Below, one piece after another: positions 11,840-25,721 of a stretch of 64,000 bases of DNA. The translations under genes were made by a program, and so were the position numbers. Source of the stretch: Octopus bimaculoides (lineage: Eukaryota); NCBI RefSeq assembly GCF_001194135.2, contig NC_068991.1, forward strand, positions 37,088,468 to 37,152,467, read 5' to 3'. The notes beneath the pieces were generated by a model. It saw only the letters and a program-made list of their open reading frames with translations. It did no database searches and was not told the origin of the DNA. The number at the start of each line of letters is the position of its first letter. Position 1 is the stretch's first letter.

Positions 11840-13139
11840 GAACTTGTTCTCTCACTTAACTGCTTCTCATTCGCGGGTGAGTTTTACCAGCATGTCTTGG
11901 GAGTGGCCATGGGAACGAGAATGAGCCCCAACTATGTGAACCTGTTCGCATACGTTGCTACGTTGAGGCCCAAATATTCTCCAGTTTCACTGGTCCCACT
12001 CCTGAACTATACGGTCACTATATTGATGACTGTATTGGTGCGACCTCACTCTCCAGCGAACATCTAGACTCCTTCCTCTCTTTTGTCAAATCTTACCATC
12101 CTGCCCTCCACTTCTCCTGCACTATCTCTGACACCTCTGTCTCCTTTCTTGACATTTCAGTCAGCATTCATCACTCCACTCTCACCACCTCCATCCACTA
12201 CAAACACACAGACTCACACTCATACCTCAACTTCTCCTCCTCCCACCCTAAACACACCAAGCTCTCCATCCCCTATTCCCAATTCCTCTATCTACACAGG
12301 GTCTACAGTGACAACCATGACTTTGAGACTCAATCTCAACTCATGGCTCATCACTTCATCCTACGCGGATATCCCCTCACCACTATCCACACTACCCTTG
12401 CCAGAGCACATTCCATGGACCGTTTATCTCCTCTCTTCCCCAACCCCTGCACCCGTCCTGCCGTCACCTGTCTCCTGTTTCCCCTCACCTACCACCCCAC
12501 CATCTCTACACATCCCATCCCACCCCCACCTCATCCCTTAGNNNNNNNNNNNNNNNNNNNNNNNNNNNNNNNNNNNNNNNNNNNNNNNNNNNNNNNNNNN
12601 NNNNNNNNNNNNNNNNNCCAGCACACACCAGGGCACACACTAGCACTGACCACTTCCCAGCACCTACACCATCATCCACATACCTACATATGCACACACA
12701 TCAATGTCACCAGCCCCCTTCCACATGCACATACACACTCACACACACACATGCATGTGCACCTTCATTTTGGGATCACCACTACTTTATTATGTCCCCT
12801 TCTTCCTAGCTCTCCTGTGTGACCCCTCTGTCCAGCATTCGCCATGATAGATCACTAGCCACTAAACCTTTTTCTATTTTCTCTCTCTGTTTATTTCTCT
12901 GTTCCTTTCTGTTGAAGAGCATAGGCTTGAAATGTAGAAGACATTCTCACTTCCTGAGCGTTAAACTCACACATCTGTTTGTTGTTTACATACCCGTCTT
13001 CGTCTTTTGCTTTTTTGTAAATTCTCACTATATATATATATATATATATATCGTTTTTTTTTTAAAAAAAAAAACAATATATATAGTGAGAATTTACAAA
13101 AAAAAAAGACGAAGACTGGTGTGTAAACAACAAACAGAT
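11840..13139 (+). mobile_element. Penelope-like retroelement remnant (RT, gap, 3' repeat with inverted tail)
   Basis: Translation FSFAGEFYQHVLGVAMGTRMSPNY...YIDDCIG...SFLDISV...IHYKHTDSHSYLNFSSSHP, with frameshifts. 3' tgaagagcataggcttgaaatg motif. Interrupted by the N gap 12542-12617. Confidence 0.85.
12542..12617. other. Assembly gap (N run)
   Basis: Run of N. Confidence 1.
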
Positions 13140-13365
13140 AATCCACATAATAAGACAAAGACATACTTTAACACATTTTTAATAATCAGTTACAACTATT
13201 TATGTACCATGTCTGCTTTCAACGCCAGTTTATGTAAAAGCTCAAAGTGAAAATTTACATAATATTTACAGTTTTATACATTAGAGTAGCACTTCAGACT
13301 TGTCTCGAAGGTGTGTTCTTATATTGTCTGTCTGTCTCTCATATATACACAGGCATACATATATA

Positions 13366-15845
13366 CAGGCATACCTCACTCAACTTTGTTAATTGGTTCC
13401 AGGAAACATGTCTTAAGTCAAATTAACTTGTCTCTAGGCTAGGCTAGACTGAATTTACTTGCCTTTAGGCTAAACCAATAGTAACCATTCCCAATTCTGT
13501 ACTTTATTTATGAATGAATTTTCAATAATATATGGTTAATAAAAACCTATTTTAAGCTTACAAACAATTTTTATTTTTTAACACAGTACAGTAAGAAAAA
13601 AAGCAATCTAAATTTATGAATACAATTCAGCAATGTTTACCGTACATCGCGGATACTTTATTTATGAATGTAGTTTGCAATAAGACATCGTAAAATAGAA
13701 GCCTTTTTTAAACTTAAAAAACAAATTCAGTAATTATTATCATTTTGTAATAGTAAAAAAAAAATAAATTATTTAAAATTTACCAATACGTACATACAGT
13801 TTGATGGTTTGCATCACAGATGTAGATGGCTGTGGATTGTCAACATCAACAGCTGACTCTGGCTGTTATTCTGGTTCGGTGCACTTAAAAAACCTGTTTA
13901 GAGTTCCTTGAACTGTCTTCTTTTCTCCAAGGATTACATTATAAGGAGCAAAAGCTTCGTGACAAGCTCCCATAATCTTGGAAAAGCGTTGAGCATTTGG
14001 GTCCATATCCTTGAACATAGAAAGACCTTTTTTGATATATGCAAATGCTTGCTGCATTTTCTTAATGGTGAAGTGACGTGGGCTAGATTCAACTTCCTCT
14101 TCTTTATTTTGCTGCTCATGAAGCTCTATCAAATACTCGTTCATCAGGGGCTGCTTGTCTTTTTCAAATAAATTCATGAAATCTTCCTCTTCCAAATCTA
14201 TTTCCAGTTCTTTGCTCGTAGTCACCAACATTTTGTTGATGGCAACATTATCAAACCCCTTAAAATCATTCACAAATTGTAGGCATATCTTCTTTCATAC
14301 ACCACTCATAGCCGTGCACTGTACATCATTCCACGCTGCAGCTATGTTCTGTACAGCCTTGTAGACAACATATCTCTTCCAAAAGTCATGAAGTGTGATG
14401 GACTCATCAAGATCAGTTGCAGCTATTGCTTGCCGCAGCATACATTTCATATAGTAACGCTTGAAGGTAGCAATTATTCCCGGATCCATTGGCTGCAGAA
14501 GAGATGGTGGTGTTCGGAGGGAGGCATACTACGATTAATGTTGGGATCAAAATCTACTATGTTTTGCAGGTGGCCAGGAGTATTATATAAGATAGGTAAA
14601 ATCTTAAAAGGAATTCCTTTTTCCTTACAGTACTTCTCTACTGCTGGGATAAAATGATTGAAGAACCAATCTTCAAAAACAACAACAGTAACTCATGCTT
14701 TTGAATTAGCCATCCATATAACAGGGAGAGATGCCTAGGGTATGTTCTTCAGTGTACGGAGGTTGCATGCATGATACACAACTTAAAATCTCCTGCACTG
14801 TTACCTCCCAACATAATGGTCATATCTTCTTTTGAGACCTTGTAGCCTGTATAGTTTTTTTTTCTCCTTTTCGGAAATGAACGAATGGTCTGGCAATTTT
14901 TTCCAATACAATCCAGTTTTGTCTATATTAAAAATCTGTTCAGGAACAAACCTGTTTTCTTTGATGATTTTCTTTAATGCATTAGGAAATTCCACTGCTG
15001 CTTGTTCATCAGCTAATGCACTTTCACCTTGCTTCTTAATGGGGTGATAACTTCGCTCCTTAAAGTTCATGAACCATTCCTTGACTTACCTTGAACTCTA
15101 TATCTTTCTCATCTGGATATTTTTTCTTCAGGTCCTCAAACAAAGACAACACTTTCTCTTGAATGATTTCTTGACTAATAGTAGCATGCTGACAATTCAA
15201 CTTAACAATCCAAAGAGAAAGAAGACTTTCCATTTCTTCAAAGATCTTGCCTCTTTTCTTATTGATGACAGTGTTCTTCATCCCTGGGGCTTCAGATTGG
15301 ATATGTGCTAGAATCTTGTCCATATTGTGTACAATCATTGATAGAGTTGTCTGACTCATCCCAAAAGATCATACAATTGCTACCACATTTTCACCTTCTT
15401 CACGGTGTTTTATCACAGACAGTTTATCTTCCAGCATTATAGCATGACACTTAGCACTTTCACTATGAATTTTCTTAGAAACCATAGGGGCAAAAAATAA
15501 AGTTACAAATGAATGAGAATGAGAAAGTAGCCAATAAACAGACATAAACAAATCTGAATTCAAAACAATCGTGTGAATCATGAGTGACGACGACGCCTAC
15601 TGGTAGATATTGGAACTACTGTGCAATATGGGCTCCGAAAGACGATAAATAAGACGACACAGCTGATTTCATTATTTTGTTCACTAAGCTACACTACTTT
15701 ATGGTGTGTATCTTAAACATTTACTGTAAATATTCTAATATGATTTTATATGCTTTTATTCTTATTTATTGTAGAGTAACATGATTTTATGTGCTTTTAA
15801 CAGTTTTCTGGTGATTTTACAAATCCAATATTTGTGGCAGACAGA
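13366..15845 (-). mobile_element. Tigger/pogo DNA transposon with a decayed CENP-B HTH + DDE transposase (about 15485 to 13810)
   Basis: Tigger1-like TIR TA|caggcatacctc at 13366. ORF fragments 15060-15359, 14801-15070 (FNIDKTGLYWKKLP), 14295-14489 (MDPGIIATFKRYY) and 13866-14273. The other end runs into a gap. Confidence 0.9.
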
Positions 15846-16134
15846 NNNNNNNNNNNNNNNNNNNNNNNNNNNNNNNNNNNNNNNNNNNNNNNNNNNNNNN
15901 NNNNNNNNNNNNNNNNNNNNNNNNNNNNNNNNNNNNNNNNNNNNNNNNNNNNNNNNNNNNNNNNNNNNNNNNNNNNNNNNNNNNNNNNNNNNNNNNNNNN
16001 NNNNNNNNNNNNNNNNNNNNNNNNNNNNNNNNNNNNNNNNNNNNNNNNNNNNNNNNNNNNNNNNNNNNNNNNNNNNNNNNNNNNNNNNNNNNNNNNNNNN
16101 NNNNNNNNNNNNNNNNNNNNNNNNNNNNNNNNNN
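15846..16134. other. Assembly gap (N run)
   Basis: Run of N. Confidence 1.
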
Positions 16135-16278
16135 TGTTGGCGTGGGCTCCCACCCTGGCATCGGGAACTCGGAGTTTTATCATGGCTACTGAATAAGTGT
16201 CACATATTTTTACAGATAAATTCCTCTATTTGCATAATATCGAGGTCTCTTTCTTTCTTTTGTTGTCCTTCCTGTCAA

Positions 16279-16309
<31 letters not shown>

Positions 16310-17050
16310 TATAAAGAGAGAGATATAAACTTTTTAAGTATGGGGTTGAGAGGACCCTTTAGTCTTATCAAAGTATGACAACTTCTCTAGAGCTGACACC
16401 AGGAAAAAATGCACTCAGCAAGTGATTCGTGTTAGCTATGGCATCCAGCTGTAGAAACCAAATCAAAACTGAAATATGCAACCAAATATGACTTGGTAGC
16501 ATAATGCATGCTCTCACTAATAATTTTAGATACCTGTGTAGTCATGAGCAGGTATAGAAACTTTGTCATCTATCCTGCCTTTGATTCAGAACATCAAGAA
16601 TGTGACAGCTGGAAAGAGAGAGAGGGCTGCACCAGCACTTGGTTAGAACAATATCAAATGAAGTGTCTTGCTCAAGCTCACAATATGCTGCCTGGTTCAG
16701 AAATCATAAAACCAACACCCCTAACTACAAGACAATGTACATTCACTGCACACAGCTGATTTTAGGCTGAAATTACTGAAGGTATTAATAAGGTTTTCTT
16801 AATGTATCTAAAGTGCCGTGTCATATTGGTGTATAACCTATTCATCATCTCTGTAACTCATAATCTATATATGTAAATTTCTTATTCAGTACCTCAGTGC
16901 AGTCCTATGAGACTATGTAATCACGTACCTCAATACTATCATACTATCACATACTTACATCAAGAGTACCTGTTGGACACCACTTTTTGACTGGGCAATA
17001 TCTTTGTAAATATATATATATATATAAACCCAGAGATTTCCTAACATGTA

Positions 17051-17278
17051 CAGTAATCCTTCGACTATTGCGAGTGTTACTTCCCAAACCCCCACCACCA
17101 CTACCATGGGTGAAAATCTGCAAAGTAGAAACAGTACTGTACTGTATTTTTTTGTATTGTCTTCATAATTTTTATATATTTATTTTATTATAAATGCAAA
17201 GCAACACTCGGGAGGAATTGATGTAAGATTAAATAATAAACTGTGATAGGTGAACTGCGATATGGTGAAGGATTACTG
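17051..17278. mobile_element. Tigger-type MITE (CpG-decayed copy)
   Basis: TA|cagtaatccttcg ... gaaggattactg|TA. Same family as 58419-58640. Confidence 0.85.
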
Positions 17279-18194
17279 TATAACAAACATCATCATCTAG
17301 TGTGTATAAATATATATTTATAATGTTGCTATATATCTAAGTAAGTTCTAAGAGACTAAGGAGTAGGGTATTTAGAAGGATAGAATTCCACAATATCTTA
17401 AGAGTTATTTTTATTATATATGTTAATAAACCAGCAAATAACTGTGTTGCTATTTCCTAATCATTGGCGATTGGTTGTTTCTCTGATATTAAAGTTATTC
17501 TTGCTACACACATAGCTGACAGCATGGTTGTCTGGATATAGAATATGCTTCATAACAACAAGGTCATTGAGTTGTGTAGTACTGAATGTCACTTTGGGCA
17601 AATATCTTTTATTATAGCCTTCTGAATGAAATTGTTAAAAAGAAACTCTATGGAAGCCAGTCGCGTGTGTGTATTCTTAAAAACTCATTGAAATACCAGC
17701 AGTGGAATGGAACTCATCACCCAAGAGTAGATAGTACAATTCCTTGTCTACTCAGTCACTGTGAACTGAAAAGACTAAACAAACAAGACCAGCAGCAAAC
17801 ATATTTCATTGAAACACAATTACTTAGGGTCACAAGATGCAACATTAGTGCAACTATAGAAGAATTACACTAGGCGTATATTTATTACTGAGACCCCTAC
17901 ACATCTACACACAAACTCACATACACGTAACAATTGTGTGTGCAACAGCCACCATGTGACATCAAGCATTATTATTATTTTCAATTGTTCAACAGTAGTC
18001 AGCTGTAGCAGCACTCATGAAGTAAGGTCTATGATCTGCTGAGACATCTCAGAATACACAGTAAATAGATTTTCTTAGGCAGGTGATCTAATTAATACCA
18101 GAGTTGGCTGCAGTAAATTTTTTTCTAAAAAAAGGCATAATTACTAGAATAAGAAAGAGGTAAAAGAAGCTGAAAGGGTCCTGTTTCCTCTTTT

Positions 18195-18606
18195 CTTATC
18201 TCTTACTTATTTCAGTCATTAGACTGTAGCTATGCTGTGGCACTGCCTTGAAGAATTTTTAGACAATTGAATTAATCCTCAGTACTTTTTTTAAGCCTGG
18301 TACTTATTCTATTGGTCTCTTTTGCCAAACTGCTAAGTTATGGAGATATAAGTACGCCAACATTGGTTGTTATGCCGTAATGAGGGACAAACACATACTC
18401 ACTTTCTCTCTCTCTCTCTCACATACACACACACACACACATGCGCACACGCAATAGGCTTCTTTCAGTTTCTGTCTACCAAATCCACTCACAAGGCTTT
18501 AGTCAGCCTGAGACTACAGTAGAAGACACTTGGCCAAGGTACCATGTAGTGGGACTGAACCAGGAACCATGCAGGGAAACAAGCTTCTTACCACACAGCC
18601 ACATCT
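18195..18606 (-). mobile_element. tRNA-derived SINE, second family (CORE-like ttgggcaagtgtcttc segment)
   Basis: Minus strand begins gtggctgtgtggtaagaagcttg...ttcagtcccact. Homologous to the copies at 46671-47036 and 53225-53630. Confidence 0.8.
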
Positions 18607-19748
18607 GTGCCTCTGTTGATAAAAATTCATTTCTTTGTATGTGTGACAAGCTGAGTGTGTATGAGATGTGTGCAAGAAAGTGTGAAGATATATGTTAGTG
18701 AAACATTGGAAGTGAATGCAGATCTGAAATGGCTGGCAAAGAAATTTGTTGGATGTGAAATGTTAACCTATATGAAAAGTGAAGTACAATAAAGTTGGGT
18801 ATTAAAGACAGTAGTTGATATTGGTGACTGGGCTGGTATGGAAATGTGATGTTAAGGAAAATGAGCTGAGGCAGGTTGAAAAATTAATCCTTTGAGTTCT
18901 GTTACTAAAAGCTTGTGAAAAATAGCATAAGAAGTGGTAAGATAAGACTTGAGGAAGTCAGGTCTTTCAGCTATGACAAAAGACTGATGTACAATATGTT
19001 GTACAGAAGAGCTCACCATCTCTTACTACAATGGAAGAACATATAATATGATGATCATCATAAGTATGAAGATGATATGATGCTGATAATTCACACCTGT
19101 AGCAGCCATCTGTAACTTGAAATGAATGTGAGACAACAGACCTCATTAGTACACTAAAGCAGGTGATAGAGGAGACAGAAATGAAGAAGCTGAGTGTTGT
19201 TAAATTAGTCAAAGCAGTGAAACAAGTTAACAAGACATCAAACTGTCACCAACAGGTTTCACAGAAACTGGAATCACTAGGGAAGGGAGGTTGTTAGGTT
19301 GAAGAAAAGCAAACAGTTCAAGAACAGACTTGATAAATATTGAAAGAACATGAAATTTGAAAGACACTATTAATTTGAAGAGATGGGCATATTATAAATA
19401 CATTTTACGTTGTAAAGTGATGTAAGAAGTAAAGTAGAAGTCGGTGATAATGGTAAACTGCAGCAAAATTATCAAAGATAACCCTGGTGGTAAAGAACAA
19501 GTGTTACTGGCATCCTGTAGCTAGGCTGGTTACCACCTAGTGGTGACAGATAGTAACTAATGTCAACTAAGAAAGGAAATTTAAGTCTGTGGATGGTAGA
19601 AGTGTGTAATGCAAGAATGCAAAGACAAAGATGATGATGTCAATAATAAAGAAAACAGTAACACTAATAAAAATGATACATTTTCCCAATGAAACAGAAC
19701 AATAGACTATACATGTAAATAAACATATATATACATTATTTATATATA

Positions 19749-20978
19749 TTGGTTCATCCCATAAATAATGCAGTTTTTTCAATTGCATGAGCTAAAAGTC
19801 GGAAGAGGATGGGATAAACTACCAGTATCAACTTGCTATAAAAGCAGGTAGTAAATTTACTTTATGCTTACTCTTAGTGCAAGTTTTGAAGAGTGCAGTT
19901 CTATTTTAACAGTTATTTTTTTCAAAGCTATAATGGAAGTGACAAAAGAGCATATTCAGCATATTTTGCATTATAAGTTCAATAAAGGTAACAACGCAAC
20001 AGAAAGTGTGAGGAATATTAATGCAGTAAATGGGGATCGGACAATAAGTGTAAGCCAGTGTCAACGGTGGTTCCAGAAATTCCAAGTCAGAAACTACAGC
20101 CTAGAAGACAAGCCTCGTCCTGGAAGATCTGTAGAGCTTGACAAGGACGTCCTGCAAATCCATTGCAACTGTTGAGGAACTAGCAGAGAAGCTTTAATTT
20201 GGTCATTCAACCATTCTTCAACACCTGCATGCCATCAGAAAAGTTAGCATATTGGGTCAATGGATTCCTCACAAACTTTCCAAGTCTAATCACATGCAGA
20301 GAGTGAATGTGTGCTCTTCTTTGCTGTCACGTCTCACAAATGAACCTTTTTTGGACCGATGAGAAATGGGTTCTCTATAAAAATGTCAAGCGCTGAAGAC
20401 AGTAAGAAGGGAAAGGAGAAACACCAGCACCTCAGGCTAAAGAAGGCCTTCACCCATGTAAGGTGTTGTTATCTGTTTGGTGGGATATGAAAGGTTTAGT
20501 CCACTTTGAACTTTTAAACCCAAACCAAATGATAACAAAGATCTACTACAAGCAGCTTGAGCGACGTAAGTCAGCACTAGGAGAAAAATGACCATCCTTG
20601 GTGTTCTTCCATCAGGATAATGCTCGGCCACATAACATACAGTGAGGATGACATTCCAAAGGCTGCAGCAGTTTGAATTGGAAATGATGCCCTACCCACC
20701 ATATTCACCAGACATTGCCCCATCTGATTACCATTTATTCTGCAGTCTACAAAACCATTTGGATAGAAAAAATATGAATTCTGTAGATGAGGTCAGAACA
20801 GTACTGGAGGAGTATTTTTCTTCATGGATAAGTGAATTTTGCAAGTCTGCCAGATAGATGGAAGAGCATTGTAGAAAACAAAGGAGGGTATATTTTAGAT
20901 TAAAAAAGAACTTTGTTTAACTTAATTTTGAAAAATAAAAGAAGTATAAGAAAACCACATCATTTATGGGATGACCAA
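19749..20978 (+). mobile_element. Mariner (D,D34D-type) element with pseudogenised transposase 19933-20903
   Basis: TA-flanked TIRs ttggttcatcccataaat / atttatgggatgaccaa. MEVTKEHIQHILHYKF, DEKW, HQDNARPH and YSPDIAPSDYHLF motifs, with stops and frameshifts. Confidence 0.92.
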
Positions 20979-21437
20979 TAGTTTACACTGATAGATATTC
21001 CCATTGTCAGTTATCTCCAATGAGGTGCCTAAGATTCTAGCACCTATCCATATAGTAATATCTTAAAGCTATCAGCAAACACAACATTCAGGAATTATGA
21101 TTATGAATAACAGAAAGAATTGTGAACAGGAATACAAAATTTTAAAAAACTAGATTGCTGTAGTGCTGAACTCAAAAGAAAACCTCTGCAAGAAAGTAAC
21201 ATCATATCATTCAGTTCTTTTATCCACACTGACCAAAAAAACACTCCGCATATTTGTGTGGAATCAAAAGAATCCAAAGTAGAGAGAAATAATACAAAAC
21301 AAGCGCAATACATATTTACTCTATCAAAAGTGAAGAATATTTATTTCGTTAGGAGTTTTGGATGGGTCTCTTAAAATATCAGGATTTGACATGTGTTCAC
21401 ACATACACACACACACATGTATATATATATACATATA

Positions 21438-22962
21438 CCGTAAAAACCCATGTAATTTACAAATTTCTTTTCACAAAAACAAAAACAAACTTTAGTGGGT
21501 GTGTAAATTACATAAGGAATCTTTTTAGAAATTTTTTTTTTTGTTGAAAAATGATTCATACCGGAAGTTGACTCATTTAATGTCAGAATAGATTTTTACA
21601 AAAAATATGATGAAGTTGACTTTTATTTATGCTGGACAGTATAATGCTTACTTTTTCTGTATAAATTTACTAAAACCATTAAATGGTTAACTACTTTTTG
21701 AAGTTTGACGTTCATGCTGGTAATCACACTCCGGGCCATATTTTACATTGCTTGGAGTTTCTACCTATTGTAATGGAGTCCAGCAATTTCTTTAAATAGA
21801 TCAGTTTTTCTCTGCTTAAGAAGTCTAGCTTGCATTTTCCTCCAGGAAGCTATTGCTCACTTTCTCCACATTAGGGCATTAGGACAATGAAATTCATCAC
21901 TGCTACCAGCTCTTACTGCATCTAACACCAACAACATCATAATTCATCCTTGTGCATGTAAACTCACCAAGTGAATATGATTTAGAGTTCCTACAGAAAC
22001 CTTCATTTACCTTATATGATGTTCAATGTCATTTCACATTCATGTTGAATTATGCAGCAATCTTATGTTCTTTATGTTCTCTTCCTAGAACATTTGTAAC
22101 GTATGTATTACCAGTTCTTTTGGTATAGTAGATTTTTGCTTTTCCTGTTTATGTCTCCTCACAGACGTGTATATTCTAACAAGTTGCTTCTTAAATTTCG
22201 CACTTCTCTTGTTCAATAAACATTGAGTTAAACTTGCAAAGCTGTTTATTTTCTCCTTTTGATTTTTAATGTTTATTTTAGCAAGTTACCAAACTGTCAG
22301 TTTGGTCTCCTGGCTAAAATGGTAATGACAAATTTTTAAGTTTGCTTGACATTTTATAAGTGTGAAAGGGATTAAAATTTTGATACTCTGCATCAAAGGT
22401 TCCGACAAGAATAGGTAGAAAATCAGAGCTTGAAACAAGAAGACACTTTCAACCAATCAGAATTCTGTTTACATAATCAGTTTGATCAGTCACATTCTTC
22501 TGTCGGTTGAGTAAAGTGTCATCCAAGCTGATGTTTATTGGTAATTAAACTTATTTTGCAACACTTGTGCGTATTTATCAGCTTTGTTTTTGTTGATAAG
22601 AATTATCAACAACTTTTCCTGTAATTGTGATTTGAGAAGACATACAGAAGTATGCTAAAGCTCTGACATAATCTCTTGTGGGCAAGAAATGTAAAATAAA
22701 GTTTATAATAAATAACACAAACACTTCATAATTTAATAGCTTTCAATGCGATACCTGTTAAACAGAAATTATTTTTATTTGATGAAAATTTTTAAAAATC
22801 TAATCATAAGTCAGTGAAAACCATTTCCCTCGGGCCACATCAGCAATTCTGAAAACTTTTGCATGCAAATTTTACATGAGTAAAAGCTTTTTTTAACAAT
22901 TTTTATCCTGAAAATCTCCTGCATAAATTACACAGGAGCACAAATTACATGGGTTTTTACGG
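21438..22962 (-). mobile_element. TA-flanked DNA transposon, probably a decayed pogo-family element
   Basis: TIRs TA|ccgtaaaaacccatgtaattt ... aaattacatgggtttttacgg|TA. The interior has only weak minus-strand transposase-like fragments, so strand and family are tentative. Confidence 0.6.
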
Positions 22963-23234
22963 TATATGTAAATAAACACACACACATGTGTCAATGAGTA
23001 TATTTCAGCTATTTTTGCATTCATTTTCTATGTTTTCATGGGTTGGACGAATAAGTTAGTTGGGGCATTATTTTACAGCTGGATGCACTTCCCGACACTA
23101 AACCTTACCAGGCTTTCAAGTAAAGGAAATATTATTCCACACAGCTCTGAAGGCATGAAATGACAAGATAATTTGTTGACAAGAAAAACTACACACACAT
23201 GTATAGGTGTGTGTGTGTGTACTTGTGGTTGACT

Positions 23235-23470
23235 GGCAGAATATAAAGGGTAAAGACCCCCTCTGGTCATGTATGACCATGGGACTGCACCTAGAAAGTT
23301 ACTCTCCAAGGCACAAGTTCAGACAAGGTTGTTTATGGAAGACCAGCAGTCACCCATGCACATCCTCTCCATGCCACTGATGTTATCCAAGGGAAAGGCA
23401 AAGGTTGATCCAGCTTGGCATCAGTGACAACACAACTCATTTCTACAGCTGCAGTGAACTGGAGCAATCT
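23235..23470. repeat. Interspersed repeat fragment, also present at 40280-40510
   Basis: Shared sequence aaagggtaaa...cc..tggtcat...accatggga.tgcac.tagaaagttac...gtgaactggagcaa. Confidence 0.7.
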
Positions 23471-23504
23471 ATATATATAAAACAAAGGATGTCTCTGTGT
23501 GTCT

Positions 23505-23845
23505 CATCATCATCATCATCGTTTAACGTCCACTTTCCATGCTAGCATGGGTTGGACGACTTGACTGAGGACTGGTGAAACCGGATGGCAACACCAGGCT
23601 CCAATCTGATTTGGCAGAGTTTCTACAGATGGATGCCCTTCCTAACGCCAACCACTCCGAGAGTGTAGTGGGTGCTTTTATGTGCCACCAGCACAAGGGC
23701 CAGTCACACGGTACCGGCAACGGCCTTGCTCAAAAGGTGTTTTTTACATGCCACCTGCACGGGAGCCAGTCCAGCGGCACTGGCAATGACCTCGCTCAAA
23801 TGATTTTCTAACGTGCCACCAACACAAATGCTAGAAGGCGACAAC
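23505..23845 (-). mobile_element. RTE-type 3' UTR/tail, relatively young
   Basis: (CAT)n gtttaacgtcc ... ggatgcccttcctaacgccaaccactccgagagtgtagtggg. Matches the tail of the 49023 copy. Confidence 0.75.
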
Positions 23846-24265
23846 AAAACAATACCTACAACCTGCATACACTACACCATCTTTATGCGCTATAAGATCG
23901 ATAAACTTGGGTAGGAGGGGATGGCATTAGGCCCTTAAAAGTGTTCGCGGGAGACAACCAAGGATGACAGAGGATAAGAAATTCCAGTACTAGTGGAGGG
24001 GTGGGGGCGGGTATACTGCAAGCCAGCCACTTCTGCACTTTTATACTATGGTAGACAAATTTAGACAGATTTAGAGAGAGAGAGAGAGAGAGAATGAGTT
24101 AAAGGAACGATAAACTTGAATAAAGTAAAGAAAATAAGTAAATAAAGCGTGGCGATTAAAAGGAATGCATGAATTTAAGACAAACGGGAAAACAAATCAA
24201 ACGAGCGATGTTTACATGGTAAAGAAATAGATAGATAATAAAGAACGGACAGGGGGTCCTTCACA

Positions 24266-24563
24266 NNNNNNNNNNNNNNNNNNNNNNNNNNNNNNNNNNN
24301 NNNNNNNNNNNNNNNNNNNNNNNNNNNNNNNNNNNNNNNNNNNNNNNNNNNNNNNNNNNNNNNNNNNNNNNNNNNNNNNNNNNNNNNNNNNNNNNNNNNN
24401 NNNNNNNNNNNNNNNNNNNNNNNNNNNNNNNNNNNNNNNNNNNNNNNNNNNNNNNNNNNNNNNNNNNNNNNNNNNNNNNNNNNNNNNNNNNNNNNNNNNN
24501 NNNNNNNNNNNNNNNNNNNNNNNNNNNNNNNNNNNNNNNNNNNNNNNNNNNNNNNNNNNNNNN
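24266..24563. other. Assembly gap (N run)
   Basis: Run of N. Confidence 1.
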
Positions 24564-25576
24564 CCTTGCTTCTAAAATAATATAAATACACAATAATCTT
24601 AAAAGTCTAAATTGAAATATAGTGAAAAAGAATATGTAAAAATAACTAAAAAGTACCAGAAACCTGTATACGTTTATAAACAGAAAATATTTACATTGAT
24701 AAATTAGAGTTCATATCAATAAATTAAAAAAGATACATTATATATACATATATGTATATATAACATCAACAGGCAACAGGATATATATATTTCCCCATAT
24801 ACATTTTTCTATGTGTGTGTGTGTGTATAAAGAGAGAAAGAGAAAGAGAACCACTTCTCAGCTATGTGGTTTTGAGTTCAGTCACACTGTATGGCACTTT
24901 GGAGATTAGTAAAATCCCAGGCTGATGAAAGGCTATTGAGCGGATTTGGCAGAGAAACTGAAAAATAAGCCATCATACTAACCGTGTGTGTGTTTAGCTC
25001 TGTTGCTTGCTTATATTTTTCCTGACAAAGAATTACCTACTCACTTCAAAGCCATGTGAAATAAGAGATCTCTTACTCAAAAGGCAGGTACTGTTTAGTG
25101 TCAGGAAATGTATCTGGCTACAACAGATTGCCACAACAACAAATTCATCTAGCCCATGCTAGCATAGAAAAACAGATGCTAAACAATATATATATATTAT
25201 ATATATATACAAGGTGGTCCAAAAGTCATGCACCAAAGCATTTGACATTTTATATATATTACATTCTTATTATCAATTTTGTTCATCATGTACAAGTACA
25301 TGTGCATTCATTATTATTTCATTTATTTTATACAATTTTAGAAAAATTGAAGCATGTATTTGACAATTCCAGAACATACTGAACTTATTTTATGTGTGAC
25401 TTTTGGCCCACCATGTATGGGTGTGTGCATGTGTGTGCATGTGTGCGTATATATGCTTTTATTGTTTGCATGTGTGCACGTATGTATAAACACACACATA
25501 TATATGTGTGGGAGAAAAACAAGAGAATGTGTTTGAGAATCAGTAATTATCTTCAGGTGAAATTTGGCCTTTTCTG

Positions 25577-25638
<62 letters not shown>

Positions 25639-25721
25639 AACACCTATATATTAATTATAAGCAAAACAGAAATATCAATTAAATATAGAAATAAGATGAG
25701 CAAATGTGAAGCACTACTCAC

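Noticed and set aside
12083-12541. Pro/Ser/Thr-rich 152-aa ORF as a mucin-like protein
   Set aside because: It is an off-frame reading of the C-rich Penelope RT.
15781-16314. ORFs spanning N runs (also 24175-24593, 62608-63213, 12343-12822)
   Set aside because: Their length is an artefact of untranslatable gap bases.
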